IMG/VR virus record: IMGVR_UViG_3300048854_000069
Location: 1 to 48,764 of that record
Reading direction: 5' to 3' (one strand)
DNA length: 48,764 nucleotides
Origin: a virus
Lineage: Duplodnaviria; Caudoviricetes
The position numbers and the translations under genes are program-made. This document shows, piece after piece, positions 1 through 8,039 of the stretch. The notes beneath the pieces are model-generated. The model was not told the DNA's origin. It searched no databases and saw only the letters and a program-made list of their open reading frames with translations. Position 1 is the first letter of the stretch. Every line of letters starts with the position of its first letter.

Positions 1-127
1 TGCCAGCGCGCCGAAGGGAGATGGAAATGCTTAAGTGCCCACAATGCCAAGGTGGCGGCTATGTCACGCACGCGCTTGGCGAAGGCAAGTGCTCAGTTTG
101 CAAAGGAACCGGCTATATAGAGCAAGC
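1..127. repeat. Terminal direct repeat (identical to 48638-48764); circular-assembly overlap
   Basis: Bases 1-127 equal 48638-48764. 127 is a common de Bruijn k-mer size, so the contig is a closed circle of about 48,637 bp. Confidence 0.9.
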
Positions 128-350
128 CGCACGCGCCACGCCAGCGGACCAAGTAGAAATGAAACTTCGCCGACTCATGGGGGCGATCAATTCTTATGAG
201 AAAGCGACAGGGATTGGCGGATGGTACGCAGAGCAAGTGCAAGAAGCATCCAACAGCTTGCTAAAGGCATTAGGCAGCGAAATACGTTTCGGTCTAGGCG
301 ATGAAAACCCTATCGCTGCCAGCGCGCCGAAGGGAGATGGAAATGACTGA
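27..350 (+). CDS. Small accessory protein with N-terminal DnaJ-like CxxCxGxG zinc finger (cassette copy A)
   Basis: CPQCQGGG...CSVCKGTG motifs; GGGAG RBS in the upstream junction repeat; duplicated at 48348-48671. Confidence 0.75.
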   Translation: MLKCPQCQGGGYVTHALGEGKCSVCKGTGYIEQAARATPADQVEMKLRRLMGAINSYEKATGIGGWYAEQVQEASNSLLKALGSEIRFGLGDENPIAASAPKGDGND

Positions 351-1122
351 CTACGAATTGGAAGTGTTATTCGCGGTAGTCAGACTTGAATGGCAAGCCG
401 ACAAAACTAGCGCGACGCCGCTGCATATTGTTTATGCCAGAGCTATCGAGCAAGCCGCACGCGCCACGCCAGCGGACCAAGCCCTGCCGATTGCCTACGA
501 ATATCAGCACGACGAGGGGCATATTACGTTCGTTGACCCGTGGCAGAAAGAAAACGGATGGGAAGAGGCTAACGACCGATGGACGCTTGTCGGACCGGTA
601 TATCGGCGCGCATTCCAACCCCCGCAAAACGCTGCCGACCATATTGTTGATGCCAACAAAAAGGTTGATGGGGATAGCGATAGAACCCTCGCATTTATAG
701 ATTTGCTGAATCATTACGATTCGACAATGCGCAACCTACTGGCACTTCCGTCAGGCCGCACTCAAGAGCAAAAAGATCGGGGGCGGCTGGCTCTGATCGA
801 AGCATTTGAGGCACAAGCCCCGCAACCCGAGGCGCAGAGCGTGCGGGATGCGGGGCATGCCATTCCTAGCGGCTGGCGATTCTATAGCGCGGATTTTTCC
901 GTCAATGCGAAAGATCAGCGATGCCCGGGCCATGTGATGCTCATTCGTGACCCTGACGGGAAAGCAGCTTGGCTCGGTCTTTCGGATGAAGAGCGCGAAA
1001 TTATTGATTTGCACGTGCAAGGAAAAGGCTTGACGTTTGACGCGGCTCTGTCGAATGCGTGCGAAGTGGCCCTGAAGTCAGCACCGCCCCAGAAACCAGT
1101 AAGCGATGAGGTGAAGCCATGA
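343..1122 (+). CDS. Mosaic multi-module accessory protein
   Basis: ATG at 343 follows the GGGAGATGGAA junction repeat. Contains the EQAARATPADQ linker and a helical module paralogous to one in 47078-48355. Confidence 0.75.
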   Translation: MTDYELEVLFAVVRLEWQADKTSATPLHIVYARAIEQAARATPADQALPIAYEYQHDEGHITFVDPWQKENGWEEANDRWTLVGPVYRRAFQPPQNAADHIVDANKKVDGDSDRTLAFIDLLNHYDSTMRNLLALPSGRTQEQKDRGRLALIEAFEAQAPQPEAQSVRDAGHAIPSGWRFYSADFSVNAKDQRCPGHVMLIRDPDGKAAWLGLSDEEREIIDLHVQGKGLTFDAALSNACEVALKSAPPQKPVSDEVKP

Positions 1123-1262
1123 GATGGATGCCAAAGTTTTATTCGTTGTTCAGCGCCATCATGTTCGCGTTTGGCGTGCTGTTTGCCGCCCTTGACCAGT
1201 ATCCGCGATCCACGGTGATGCTGCTGTCGGCAATCGTTCTTCAACTGTATGCGATGGAGTAA
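1119..1262 (+). CDS. Small hydrophobic protein (47 aa, about 2 TM), not in ORF track
   Basis: ATGA overlap with the upstream stop, GAGGTG RBS; MRWMPKFYSLFSAIMFAFGVLFAALDQYPRSTVMLLSAIVLQLYAME. Confidence 0.6.
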   Translation: MRWMPKFYSLFSAIMFAFGVLFAALDQYPRSTVMLLSAIVLQLYAME

Positions 1263-1292
1263 CTCCCGCTCTACGCGGGAAGAGGAATTGAG

Positions 1293-1490
1293 ATGAAAAA
1301 GACGAGATGGTTTTCAGCGGACGTCAAGCCGGTCCGAGTCGGGCTATACGAGTGCCGCCGCTACAGGAATTCCGCCGAGATTCTCTTATGGAACGGTAAG
1401 GACTGGTCCTATCCTTGGGGACAGGTCTGGGCATGTATGACCATCGAATCCGGCGACAAATGGCGCGGTCTGGCGGAGCCGCCGAAGTGA
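1293..1490 (+). CDS. Hypothetical phage protein (WF...KPVRVGxYE type)
   Basis: GAGGA RBS; Trp-rich 65-aa ORF of a type common in betaproteobacterial phages. Confidence 0.7.
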   Translation: MKKTRWFSADVKPVRVGLYECRRYRNSAEILLWNGKDWSYPWGQVWACMTIESGDKWRGLAEPPK

Positions 1491-1544
1491 CCGCGCACGT
1501 CTCCGCCTTTCTGCAGGTTGCAGCCGTATATTTGGGAGTGAAGC

Positions 1545-1742
1545 ATGAAGATTCGGCTTGATGCATGGCTTGCGCGCGAGTTCGATCCACCGCCGCATAT
1601 CGTGACGGCTCGCAACTGGATCCAGCAAGGTAAGATCTGGCCGGCTCCGGTCAAGGTCGGCCGTGCCTATTACGTCGAAGAAAACGCAACATTCCAAGAT
1701 GCGAACCTTCGCCCTACTCTCGCCCAAAGAATTCCAAAATAA
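1545..1742 (+). CDS. xis: Excisionase (lambda Xis-like winged helix)
   Basis: 65 aa, WIQQGKIWPAPVKVGRAYYV resembles lambda-family Xis; directly upstream of int; GGGAG RBS. Confidence 0.85.
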   Translation: MKIRLDAWLAREFDPPPHIVTARNWIQQGKIWPAPVKVGRAYYVEENATFQDANLRPTLAQRIPK

Positions 1743-1743
1743 T

Positions 1744-2829
1744 ATGGCCGCCAGACCTCGTATTCGCCGCCGCGCCAATTGGCCCGAGCACCTTCACGAG
1801 CCACGCCCGGGCTATTTCACATGGCTCGATCCTCGCGACGGCAGAACGCACATTCTTGGGCGAATTCCGGTTGCTCAGGCGATTCACGAGGCGCATGAAG
1901 CGAATCTCGTCGTTGAAAACAGCAAGCGTACGCGCTCGCTGGCCGATCGCCTGGAAGCGCCACGGGAGACAATTGCCGACCTGATAAAACGGATGCCCGA
2001 CGGCGGCCGCAAGAAATCGACGCTGGACTCGTATAAGTACCGGGACCGCGTGATTGCGAAGGAGCTGGGCGCGATCGCATGCATGGACCTAACGACGAAA
2101 CATATCGCCGACATGCTGGAAAAGATCGTGGACGAAGGCAAGGCGCAGTGGTCTATTCAAATTCGCAGCCGTCTGAAGATGATCTGCCGGCGCGGGAAAT
2201 CTCTCGGATGGATGAAAGAAAATCCAGCTGAAGACACCGAGCGCGCGCATGTAAAGGTCCGGCGTCGGCGCATGACACTGGAGGAGTTCAACCTCACATT
2301 TGAGAAGGCGCCAGAGGTTGCACCGTACCTTCAGAACGCGATGCTGCTGGCGATCATCTCCGCGCAGGACTTATCGACCATCGCCACATGGGAGCGATCG
2401 TTTCAGCAGGATGGATATGCGGTGCTATTGCGCGGCAAGACCGGCGCGAAGGTTGCGATTCCGCTGGAAATCCGCCTCAACGTTATCGGCATGTCGCTGG
2501 CCGACGTGATCGCTCGTTGCCGCGCAACGGGTGTCGTGAGCAAGTACCTTATCCATCACGTCAAGCACAACAACGCAGCGCCAAAAGGCGGGAAGGTGAA
2601 GACGAAGTCCATCTCGGACAAGTTCAGAGAGGCGCGAAAGCTCGCGGGGATAACCGATGCTGAAGCGCCGACGTTCCACGAGCTGCGTAGTCTGTCGAAA
2701 CGCTTATACGTCGAACAAGGCGGGGTCGACACCAAGGCATTACTCGGTCACAAGTCGGACGCAACTGCTGCTTTGTACGCCGATTCGCGCGGATTGGAGC
2801 CGGTCAAAGTCCGTATTAATGTGGCGTAG
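1744..2829 (+). CDS. int: Tyrosine integrase, lambda-Int family with N-terminal arm-binding domain
   Basis: MAARPR start, KTG, HELRSLS (HxxR) and LLGHK...ALY motifs. Box I reads SAQDL instead of TGQR. Confidence 0.9.
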   Translation: MAARPRIRRRANWPEHLHEPRPGYFTWLDPRDGRTHILGRIPVAQAIHEAHEANLVVENSKRTRSLADRLEAPRETIADLIKRMPDGGRKKSTLDSYKYRDRVIAKELGAIACMDLTTKHIADMLEKIVDEGKAQWSIQIRSRLKMICRRGKSLGWMKENPAEDTERAHVKVRRRRMTLEEFNLTFEKAPEVAPYLQNAMLLAIISAQDLSTIATWERSFQQDGYAVLLRGKTGAKVAIPLEIRLNVIGMSLADVIARCRATGVVSKYLIHHVKHNNAAPKGGKVKTKSISDKFREARKLAGITDAEAPTFHELRSLSKRLYVEQGGVDTKALLGHKSDATAALYADSRGLEPVKVRINVA

Positions 2830-3038
2830 TTCTGAACGGAATTCGATAACAAATTCTGAACACCCACCGCCTGGCAAGGGTTTTCGTCCGATGGTCCGAA
2901 TCGAAGCGGTATGCCCATAGATTATGGTCAAACGCTTATTGGTATTGAGCGGGAGCGTATTTTTGAGGGTCCCGAAAACACAATAAAAGGGAGTGTTGCG
3001 ATGTAATAGAATCAGTGACTTAACGACCGGTTCTGAAC
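2830..3038. other. Probable attP region
   Basis: Non-coding gap downstream of int. TTCTGAAC repeats at 2830, 2854 and 3031 (arm-type sites); IHF-like AATCAGTGACTTA at 3010-3022. Confidence 0.65.
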
Positions 3039-3281
3039 ATGCCCTTCGAAGACCATTGGACACCCAAGCCATACGACTATGACCGCGCGACTTCGGGCCT
3101 TGCCGAGAAGCTCCAGGCGTACATGGATCTGGCTGACGCCCACGAGGATGAAGCAGTCGCTGCAGGTATTCGAGGAACAGCACGGCAAATCTACGACCGA
3201 TGGCGGCAGTTCTCAACGGAGGCGGGAATGCTGAAGGCTGAGGATGATGCGCGGTGTCGTAGGATACTGCGGCTGCCGTGA
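3039..3281 (+). CDS. Hypothetical protein
   Basis: 80-aa ORF next to att with plausible composition. Confidence 0.55.
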   Translation: MPFEDHWTPKPYDYDRATSGLAEKLQAYMDLADAHEDEAVAAGIRGTARQIYDRWRQFSTEAGMLKAEDDARCRRILRLP

Positions 3282-3311
3282 GTGATTGATTTGCCGAGAG
3301 GCAGGAGATGG

Positions 3312-3560
3312 ATGATGCCGTGCACAAACGAAGATCTGCGCCGATACATCGAGATGTTCTTCGAAGACGAGGCGCATCACCACGAGGATATTCACGAGGT
3401 CGACTATACGAAGATTCGGGCCCTAGAAGCCTTCGATGCCTTGGTGAACCGCGAAACTGAGTTGCTCGCCCGAGTGCGCGACCTGGAAGACAGAGCGGCT
3501 AAGTCGGCCGCGGTAATCGTCCAGGCAATTGACCTTATGCAGGCACCCAAGAAGGCATGA
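3312..3560 (+). CDS. Hypothetical protein (C-terminal coiled coil)
   Basis: AGGAG RBS at 3303 before ATG 3312/3315; convergent with the lysis cassette. Confidence 0.55.
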   Translation: MMPCTNEDLRRYIEMFFEDEAHHHEDIHEVDYTKIRALEAFDALVNRETELLARVRDLEDRAAKSAAVIVQAIDLMQAPKKA

Positions 3561-3596
3561 CGACGGCCGTTATCGGAATAGCAATAACGGCAACTT

Positions 3597-3860
3597 TTAC
3601 TCGGCGCCGAACTTCCAGCCGCAGTGATCGATGCCCACCTTCAGATTGTTCGTGATCTGATCAACCAGGCCGCGCGACATCACCTTCACGTCATTATCGG
3701 TCGGCGTCTCGGGTTTGAACCAGATGCACGAGTTGTCTGTGATCCTAGTTGGGCCCGGAACCTCTTTGACCTGAACCGGGGTTGTCGGTGCTGTGGAGCA
3801 AGCGGCTAAGCTGCTCGCGAGCAGCGTCATCACTGAGAGCAGCTTGATCATTTTCAACAT
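3597..3860 (-). CDS. o-spanin (Rz1-like outer-membrane lipoprotein)
   Basis: Signal with lipobox LAAC; AGGAG RBS; overlaps the 3' end of the i-spanin; two further Cys. Confidence 0.8.
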   Translation of the reverse strand: MLKMIKLLSVMTLLASSLAACSTAPTTPVQVKEVPGPTRITDNSCIWFKPETPTDNDVKVMSRGLVDQITNNLKVGIDHCGWKFGAE

Positions 3861-4110
3861 TCGTTCTCTCCTGGGCGGCCGTGGCCGCAGTCTTTGCCGC
3901 GTCAGCATCGGCTTGGACATCAGCCGTCTTGCGTGAATTCAGGTTATCGATGGCGACCTGCACATTGGCGTTTGCAGCATCTACCTTGTTCGTCGCATCC
4001 TCTTTCGCCTTTGCGACCTTGATTTTTCCGTTCTGGTGCGTAATGACGGCAAAGACGCCAGATATTGCGACGAGCAGCCACGGCCCAAATTTCAGCAACA
4101 GTTCAATCAT
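3745..4110 (-). CDS. i-spanin (Rz-like)
   Basis: N-terminal TM helix then Ala-rich coiled coil; ATGA overlap with the endolysin stop. Confidence 0.8.
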   Translation of the reverse strand: MIELLLKFGPWLLVAISGVFAVITHQNGKIKVAKAKEDATNKVDAANANVQVAIDNLNSRKTADVQADADAAKTAATAAQERTNVENDQAALSDDAAREQLSRLLHSTDNPGSGQRGSGPN

Positions 4111-4709
4111 TCCCATGCTCCAGTGAGGAAGAGACGGCGCTCGCGCGCGCGTCGGGTGACAAGGCCGGGCATGACGTTGCCAGCTGCGAGGTTCCACTTT
4201 GGGAATTCGTTCGCCGCGCCGGCATAGTTGCCAGAGTTCAGCAGCTTGAGCAGCGTCGAGTTTTGAAGGTTCCCGGATCCAAGGTTGAAAGTGAAATCGA
4301 CGAGTGCGGCCTTCTCATGCGGCGCCAGCGGCACCTTAACCAGGCTGTCGACGGCCGCGGCGAAACGCATCAGATCGGCCGTGAGTCGAGCGTCAGCGCG
4401 TGACTGCGTCCAGACGGTTCCCTTCTCGATGCCCGCACCGGTCGCGCCCCAACCGATCGTCCATGGGTCGCCGCCGCTCGCGGGATCCGGGTATGCCGTC
4501 AGGCGGCAGCTTTCCGAAATTTTCGTCAGCGGCTCGCAGAGCGGATACCACGCGGGCGAAGCCACAGCTGGCGTGGCCACCGTTTCCTCGAGTGATGGAG
4601 TGGGCGGTTTGATCGCCGGCGTTGGCGGGGGCTCGTTCTTTACCGAGGGCAATCCTGCTGGCACCGGCGTGCGCTTGAAAAACCCCAGCAGCGTGTCGAG
4701 CCAGCTCAT
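4107..4709 (-). CDS. Endolysin, GH24 (T4/P21-type lysozyme) with Pro-rich N-terminal extension
   Basis: ESCRLTAYPDPASGGDPWTIGWG (E-D-T triad), ALVDFTFNLG and GLVTRRARER motifs. Confidence 0.9.
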   Translation of the reverse strand: MSWLDTLLGFFKRTPVPAGLPSVKNEPPPTPAIKPPTPSLEETVATPAVASPAWYPLCEPLTKISESCRLTAYPDPASGGDPWTIGWGATGAGIEKGTVWTQSRADARLTADLMRFAAAVDSLVKVPLAPHEKAALVDFTFNLGSGNLQNSTLLKLLNSGNYAGAANEFPKWNLAAGNVMPGLVTRRARERRLFLTGAWE

Positions 4710-4984
4710 TGCTGTACGGTCGGAGCGACCGGCTGAGGATTGGCGGCCGCCGTTGCTTGGCGCAACTCTTCCTGTTTCACGATGCGCGCAAGGGGCACGG
4801 CGATAGCACACGCCAGCGAGACAAGCGCGAAAGTGCGCGGAGGCAAAAACGACTGCACCATGGGCAGTTGATCTTGAAACTGCGCCAGCGCGCCGAATAC
4901 TGTCGCCAACGCACCGAAGCGCGACGCCCAGGACTTCAGCAGAACCGTGCGCGCTTTACCGACGAATTCTAATCGAATAGACAT
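4706..4984 (-). CDS. Holin (2 TM)
   Basis: 92 aa, KSWASRF...TM...TM...ARIVKQ pattern; immediately upstream of the endolysin; GGGGAG RBS. Confidence 0.75.
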   Translation of the reverse strand: MSIRLEFVGKARTVLLKSWASRFGALATVFGALAQFQDQLPMVQSFLPPRTFALVSLACAIAVPLARIVKQEELRQATAAANPQPVAPTVQQ

Positions 4985-5036
4985 GACTTCTCCCCGCGCG
5001 TGGCGCGCGTCATTGAAACGTTGATGAATGAGGGTG

Positions 5037-5558
5037 TTACTTTCCCCAAGCGTGGGGAGGAACGGCAGCCGCCGGCAATGTCGCCGAGTCGAGTTTCTTT
5101 TCCGTAGCCTTCGCGGCGCTGACGGCCTCGTCTGTCTTGGCGACAAGTACGTGCTGCTGACTGCGCAACTGATCGGAAAGCGCATCAGCTTTATTGCTCG
5201 CCTCTTGCGCAGCCTGGATCGCCGCGTTGTTCGCGCGGTCGCGCTTGATTGACGCTTTGTCGAACTTCTCTGTCAGGGCGTGGAGATCTGACTGCGTCTG
5301 CTTCAGTCCGCGCGTGACCGGCTCCAGATCGTATTGGAAAATCTGCAAGTTTTTGGCGTATTCCGCCGACTGCGTACCAAGCCGTTGTTCATAGCTCAGC
5401 TTGTCCTTTTCCCATGCGCTCTTCGCGAGCGTGCTGCCCGTATAGATGCCTGTGACGCCTACGCAAAGCACGACAAACACAATCACGGCGATCATCACCG
5501 GCAAGTGCCGGCGGCGAATGGTCATGAATGGCGGGGTCAGGTCGTTTTCGTTGCTCAC
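5037..5558 (-). CDS. Membrane-anchored coiled-coil protein
   Basis: One TM (VMIAVIVFVVLCVGV) then a long heptad region; GTG start overlapping the upstream stop. Confidence 0.7.
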   Translation of the reverse strand: MSNENDLTPPFMTIRRRHLPVMIAVIVFVVLCVGVTGIYTGSTLAKSAWEKDKLSYEQRLGTQSAEYAKNLQIFQYDLEPVTRGLKQTQSDLHALTEKFDKASIKRDRANNAAIQAAQEASNKADALSDQLRSQQHVLVAKTDEAVSAAKATEKKLDSATLPAAAVPPHAWGK

Positions 5559-6013
5559 GGTAATACCTCAATCTTCATCGGCGGATAGGAATTCGCTTCG
5601 TCTCGGCCAACCAGGTTGTTCTGAAACCGCGAAACGTTCCGGTACTCGTAAGGACCGGGCGGCAGTGTGTTGGGTATCTGAAACATTGAGCTGCGAATTG
5701 CGCATCCCTGAGCCGCGACGACAGCAGATCTGGGCAGCGGGACGAGCGCCTTTCGGGTTAAATCGTAAAGCGCTGGCGATTGCTCGGCGAGGATGTCTCT
5801 ATCAAGGCAGATCTGTCGGCGAACAATGACCCACTCGCCGCGCTTGAACTGATACGACTCCGTCCCTTGCTGGTCATAGATATGAAGCGCACCAGGATGG
5901 TATGGATTGCCGCCGACCAGCACGAACCACCAGAGCGCACCTGTTCCAAGAAACATCGCCAGCACCGAAAGAAAAGCGAAAAGTTGATGTCGATCGCCAA
6001 GTAGCTTTTTCAT
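5555..6013 (-). CDS. Membrane-anchored protein with beta-rich periplasmic domain
   Basis: Start MKKLLGDRH at 6013; N-terminal TM, two Cys, LPPGPYEY motif. Confidence 0.7.
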   Translation of the reverse strand: MKKLLGDRHQLFAFLSVLAMFLGTGALWWFVLVGGNPYHPGALHIYDQQGTESYQFKRGEWVIVRRQICLDRDILAEQSPALYDLTRKALVPLPRSAVVAAQGCAIRSSMFQIPNTLPPGPYEYRNVSRFQNNLVGRDEANSYPPMKIEVLP

Positions 6014-6228
6014 TTGACAATCACCTTTGCAATGACCGCCGTGACGACGGAGCCCATCACTGCGGTGGCCAGACCGTATGCAATGAGGCGAACTGGTCCA
6101 AACTCGGACTTCGTCACAAAAGTTTTGATTTGCTCGTTGACGGACCTCATCCACTCCTGCAGTGTCGCGATGTCGATCTCAATCTCGCGCACGCGCTTGT
6201 CTAAGCCCGAATAATCTTCACCTGGCAT
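6010..6228 (-). CDS. Small coiled-coil protein with C-terminal TM (lysis-cassette associated)
   Basis: 72 aa; GAGGG RBS; first gene after the moron terminator. Confidence 0.7.
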   Translation of the reverse strand: MPGEDYSGLDKRVREIEIDIATLQEWMRSVNEQIKTFVTKSEFGPVRLIAYGLATAVMGSVVTAVIAKVIVK

Positions 6229-6261
6229 TTCAAGCCCTCGTTTTGCCGGTTATCCGGGCAT

Positions 6262-6285
6262 AAAAAAAAGCCACCCGGAGGTGGC
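6262..6285 (-). terminator. Rho-independent terminator after the acyltransferase
   Basis: GCCACC-TCCG-GGTGGC followed by T8 on the minus strand. Confidence 0.85.
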
Positions 6286-6320
6286 CTTGTTTTGTCTTCT
6301 ATCAACTCAACTGATAACTG

Positions 6321-7502
6321 CTACGTTTTTAATGCGACCAATTCTTCAGCCGTCTCTGCTGGAGATCGCTTCACGGAAAGAGTTCGCTTTAAGAAAACCT
6401 GAACGGGCCGCTCAAATGCAAAATGAATTCCAGAGGCAACGATTGATATAAAAATGAACTTTCCGATGTAATGCGGGATACCGTTACTCAAATCGATTCG
6501 GTTCCACATCTCCGATGCAGGAACATGAACAAGGTAGAACGCAAACGAAATTTCTCCTGCCGCGAACATAAATCTTGAGCCTAGAAATCTAACGAGAATT
6601 GACTTTTCTGCCATTGCAAGCGATAGGATAATTATCGCGAACGGAATGGCGTATGCAACGTCCCAACGGAATGCGATGTTGGTAACCGTTTGATGCGTCA
6701 TTAACCACACAATAAAAGCGCAAGCTGCCCACCTTAGAACTCGCCACCACCCCTGCTTCCCAGCGACATACTCAGGAAATCTTAGCGTGAAGAGTGCAGC
6801 AAAAATTCCCAACGAAAAGTCTCCGAGCCTGTTTATCGGCGATCTATAAATCCATCGATGCGAGGAGTTCGGGTCAGTGTATGGAAGCGATTTTAATAAG
6901 GTGAACACAATAGCCAGACAAAGCATCGCTAAAACGACAGCAGCTACGATCGCAAGCAGCTTTCTCGGCGATGCTGCGACGTTTAACTTATGTATCAAGA
7001 AGGCCATCAGCGGAAAAGAAGCGTACAAAAACATTTCTACGCTGATGCTCCAAGACGGACCGACGATACCAAAAGCGACACTTATGTCAGGCGACCATGC
7101 TTGCAGAGCGGCAACATACACGAACGGGACCGGGCTTATACCTTCCCACCAGCCAACCGCAAAAAGTATGAAAATGTAAATAGGATAAACCCTCGATAGC
7201 CTGCTAATGACAAAATTCCAAAGCGGGCGTATCCGGAGGTCCTTAAATGTGTCGAAGTAGTTATAAGCCAACACAAATCCAGATAAGACATAAAAGAACG
7301 TAACGCCTGAATATCCTGAGTTCTCAAACACATAGAAAGCGCCACCCACGCCTGGCACCGTCAAATGCGACAGAACTACCATCAGGCAAGCTACTGCTCT
7401 CAGCCCAGTGAGCGCTGGGATTTGCTTGCGCTTTGTGAGTGGTTCTATTGGATCTCGAATCGCTGCCGGCCCAAACAGTTGAAGCTCTCTCAGAATGCCC
7501 AA
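6321..7502 (-). CDS. Acyltransferase family 3 (OafA/Oac-like), probable O-antigen/surface polysaccharide O-acylase moron
   Basis: IPALTGLRAVACLMVVLSH, GVTFFYVLSGF, WSISVEMFLY and GEISFAFYLVH motifs; about 10 TM; visibly AT-richer than flanks; TTG start with GGAG RBS. Confidence 0.9.
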   Translation of the reverse strand: MGILRELQLFGPAAIRDPIEPLTKRKQIPALTGLRAVACLMVVLSHLTVPGVGGAFYVFENSGYSGVTFFYVLSGFVLAYNYFDTFKDLRIRPLWNFVISRLSRVYPIYIFILFAVGWWEGISPVPFVYVAALQAWSPDISVAFGIVGPSWSISVEMFLYASFPLMAFLIHKLNVAASPRKLLAIVAAVVLAMLCLAIVFTLLKSLPYTDPNSSHRWIYRSPINRLGDFSLGIFAALFTLRFPEYVAGKQGWWRVLRWAACAFIVWLMTHQTVTNIAFRWDVAYAIPFAIIILSLAMAEKSILVRFLGSRFMFAAGEISFAFYLVHVPASEMWNRIDLSNGIPHYIGKFIFISIVASGIHFAFERPVQVFLKRTLSVKRSPAETAEELVALKT

Positions 7503-7571
7503 TTTGTTATCTCCGATCTATTTTTGGGCATTGTATTCCGAAAAATTAACGGAGATTCTATTGCACCCGTT

Positions 7572-8039
7572 TTACTGAGATGGGGAAATGGGCCACACCG
7601 GTGCTGCGAGTGTTAGATCAACCCGATTGACGAGGACGCGATAAGTCTTCCACGCTTTCAAAGCAGCCGTATCCGAGTCGGTCGCCATGTCTAAATCTAC
7701 GGCGTCCTGAAGCGGCGCGATCGCAGCCGTTGCGGTCGCTAACAGCGAATCGCGTATGCCGGTATTCGCGGCGAGAATTTCAGCTGGAGATGGGACGTAG
7801 GGGATTGGCGCAGCGAACACTGATCCGTCGTATGTCCATTGCTGTTGCACAGCAAGTCCGTCTGGAACCTCGACGCACTGATTGACGAATTCAGGCGTGT
7901 AACGATCAGAGAGCGCAACTTCGTCGCCTGCATGATGCAACACTGTTTGCCCGTCATCTGAAAACACGTCGATGTCCCATACGACTGGAGGAATAAGTTG
8001 GTAGACCAACCCGTCAACGATATATGCGTACGTTTTCAT
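7572..8039 (-). CDS. Tail fibre assembly chaperone (Tfa/Caudo_TAP-like)
   Basis: C-terminal IAPLQDAVDLDMAT...LKAWKTYRVLVNRVD...WP motif. Confidence 0.85.
   Translation of the reverse strand: MKTYAYIVDGLVYQLIPPVVWDIDVFSDDGQTVLHHAGDEVALSDRYTPEFVNQCVEVPDGLAVQQQWTYDGSVFAAPIPYVPSPAEILAANTGIRDSLLATATAAIAPLQDAVDLDMATDSDTAALKAWKTYRVLVNRVDLTLAAPVWPISPSQ

Noticed and set aside
2740-3327. 195-aa minus-strand ORF across the att region
   Set aside because: Overlaps int and two better plus-strand ORFs and crosses the att repeats; no RBS.
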